From NCBI RefSeq assembly GCF_035084215.1, contig NC_090333.1, forward strand, positions 27,466,001-27,530,000: a stretch of DNA of 64,000 nucleotides, read 5' to 3'. This DNA is from Heptranchias perlo. Lineage: Eukaryota. Made by a program: the position numbers and the translations under genes. Every line of letters begins with the position of its first letter. Within the stretch, counting starts at the first letter, position 1. This document shows, piece after piece, positions 61,276-64,000 of the stretch. The notes under the pieces were generated by a model. That model had not been told where the DNA came from and did not search any database. It worked only from the letters and a program-made list of their open reading frames with translations.

Positions 61276-62829
61276 ACTACTTTAGTTACTTCCTCAAAAA
61301 ATTCAATTAGGTTCATTAGACATGACTGAAGTTAAATGGAGTTAAATCCGTCGGGTAAAATGATAGGCAGACTTGGTCCTTGTTTCTTGTCTTGCCTTTA
61401 TTTCATTGTTACAGTGCGATAAGTAGGATACAGTCAAGCCTAGGCACGAGCTCCTCAGACAGTACCCCTTACAAACCAAAGTGTGGTCCCTTTATGCTAC
61501 CTTTTCTTCATATCCTGGACTCACCTACCGAAACTTATTTAATACACATAGATTGATTCATATCTGTTTGCCATTCAAACACCACGTAAAGACAACGGGC
61601 TTTGAAACAGCCATTTCCTTAAAAAGATTTTGTGTCTTTGTTCACCCTCAATTAGGTGTGAGTTTTCTCCCATCAAAGCTTGATCTTGCACAGATCGCTG
61701 TGTTCTGTTTAGAGTAAAGTGTGACTTCCCTGTATTTGACTGATCTTTGTTTCCTAGTCTGGCTGTCATGTTTGTCATTCACCAATTCAAATTATCTTAT
61801 GTATATTTTTCCCGGGCTTTGAGTAATACCCAACTTGCATCTGTACAATAGGAAGTCAATTGCGAGCAAGGACATGTCTTGATCTGTCTTTAGTTGGTTG
61901 GCTGATCCACCCTATCAGTCTTCACACTGCTTCTTCCCCGAATCCATGTCTCAACATACCTCACTTTTTATTTTATCGTGCCCTCTCTTTTCTGAAATAC
62001 TTAATATAACATAAGGCAACAAACAAAATAATTAAAACAATTAATATAATTATTTAAAACTCAAGAAAACATGTGGAATTGGATGGGCAAAACCCACAAC
62101 TGCTTATAAGGCTTCTGACTGAAGGATTCTTTTTTTGTATCGTTGTGGGGCCTAACAGGCACCAATAATCTAGCTCCAATTTTGGTCATCCCCGGTTGGT
62201 GGGAGGCAAAATGTCATATTGATTGACAAACCAGATATTTGGTGCAGTGCAATATCTTCCTCTCTTCGAATATGCCATGTTCGTTCTTCGAGTTCCATCA
62301 ATCGACCTGTAGAGAGCAATTAGGGGATTCTTCATCCAGGGTGAAGGCACCTGCTTACGATGAGCTCTACAGCACATCACAGCTGAATAGCCACTCCTGG
62401 AACAGCAAAAGGTATCTGGGGCTTTCCAGACTCCCTCATTCCCACTAACCAATGACCTTGTTTAGTTCACAAGCTTGTAACATTATATACCCTCTTCCAA
62501 AAAGTCTATCAAGTCTACTTTTAAGTATTTTCATCAGTCTTTCATCAACAGAGATAGCACTGCCATTGTTACAGGAATCATCCTTGAAATAATGTCATTC
62601 TGTTTGTGTCTTCCCGGCATAACACACCAATCGGAGTCTTCGCACCTTACACCAAACCATATTCCCATCTAATTTCCAGATTTATTTTAATAAAATTTGA
62701 ATCGGATTTAAGTAAACAAAAAACATTCATACACAATTGCCTTTGAGAGCAGTTGTTCCTTTCTAAAAACTGTTCAAACATTATGGACAGCATCCGTTGG
62801 TAAAACAAAATCATTGGGTAAATGTAAAG

Positions 62830-63600
62830 ATCAAGAATATAATACATCATTATACGATATAGTGCCTGGCTTAATGACTTCCAGTCTGTTTTTACTCTCT
62901 ATTCCCAGGCAGGTTATCTCCATATCCCAGTCAGTGACTTTCTGTTTAGCCTCATCTTTTTCCTCAATCGGAATTCTAAGATGTTGCACTCTTGCTCTTG
63001 TTAGAGAGCCTATTCCTTCCTCATTATGGTGCCAAGATGAGGATGACGACCCCCTCCATAGTGTACATGTAACAAAGAAAGACCAAATCTTATATCTGTT
63101 ATATCCTTTTTGTAAGGCTTGCACTGGTCTCCGTAATACCAGCTGTACCGTATTTTCCTTCCACGTTTTTGCATGGCCAATTTCATTTTCAGTATCCAGA
63201 AGTTTACTATGTAAATCTTGTTTTGCAGCCTGAACTTCTGTTAGCCTTTCGCGTGCTCTGTAGCTATGTAGCTGAGATATTTCTGCATATCCTCTTGCCT
63301 CTTTTCAACGTTCTCCTGCAGCTTGTTCGACAGAGCTCCTAGTTCTTTTTCAAGGGCACTGCGCTTGGTCTCAGCTACATTGGCTTTCTGCTTTTCAGTC
63401 ACCAACTCCTAGTTCAACTGTTTACACTTGTCATTTAACCTCATCTTGAAAAGTTCGAAGCAACTTTTCTTGTAACTGCTACTGCAATGCAGGAACTGGA
63501 TCACATTTTACTCCAAGTTTCTGCCAAATCTCTTGGGCCACCACAGCCTTCTCTTTCAGAATCTTAATAACAAAGATAGCCATAACAAAGATAGCCTCTC
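62830..63600 (-). pseudogene. Decayed coiled-coil coding sequence, possibly a Gag-like region of an LTR element or ERV
   Basis: Interrupted minus-strand frames ELVTEKQKANVAETKRSALEKELGALSNKLQENVEKRQEDMQK and ERLTEVQAAKQDLHSKLLDTENEI, with stops and frameshifts; no introns evident. Confidence 0.4.
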
Positions 63601-63843
63601 CCTCAGTGAATGTCATAATTTGTAAAAGAATAGAGAAAAGCTTTAAATTTTATATCAGCCTTTTCTTTACCACATTCATTCCTCTGCTTCTTGGCGATGG
63701 TTTTCTGCATACCACTAGTGATCAGTTGGCTTTTGTCATCAATCACAGTATCCCTCTTTCCAGCATGACCACTAGCTTCAGCATTATCCAAAGGAATGTA
63801 GACTGTGGGCTTCATTGGGAGATTCTCCACTGAAGCTTGTACT

Positions 63844-64000
63844 GGGTACGGTAGCATAGTGGTTATGTTACTGGACTAGTAATCCAGCAGGCCTGGACTA
63901 AAATCCAGCGTTATGAGTTCAAATCCCACCGCGGCAGCTGGCGAATTTAAATTCAATCAATTAATTAAATTCAATTAATTAAATAAAAATCTGGAATTAA
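63844..64000 (+). mobile_element. tRNA-derived SINE 5' end, truncated by the window edge
   Basis: Pol III A box TAGCATAGTGG 63852-63862 and B box GAGTTCAAATCC 63915-63926; no complete cloverleaf. Confidence 0.75.

Noticed and set aside
63844-63930. tRNA gene
   Set aside because: A and B boxes are present, but it continues into SINE body sequence without an acceptor stem.

Overview
Eukaryotic, repeat-rich vertebrate DNA. The repeat repertoire (CR1, L2, Tx1/L1, Penelope fragments, tRNA/Deu-type SINEs, hAT and Harbinger-type elements) points to a cartilaginous fish (inference). Three spliced genes can be built with consistent GT-AG phases. (1) Selenoprotein P2 (SELENOP2/SelPb, +, CDS 22884-25821, 268 aa) has one in-frame UGA in a UxxC motif and a canonical type II SECIS at 27411-27471, separated from the stop by a MITE. 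(2) A TEX38-like single-pass membrane protein (-, 33906-32652, 251 aa). (3) DPH2 (+, 39410-49212, 506 aa, probable upstream exon ending 34841). TEX38-like and DPH2 are head-to-head around a CpG-rich promoter with CRE and NRF1 motifs and a 12 x 30-bp array of NF-Y CCAAT boxes. The 5' end of a fourth, unidentified minus-strand gene is probably at the left edge. Most notable: the CCAAT-box array; a UGA-terminated uORF overlapping the SELENOP2 start; poly(A) signals upstream of the SECIS; and a 2.4-kb hAT element with near-matching 8-bp TSDs that encloses a promoter-like region and candidate spliced exons. All calls were made by eye, without database searches; repeat boundaries are approximate.
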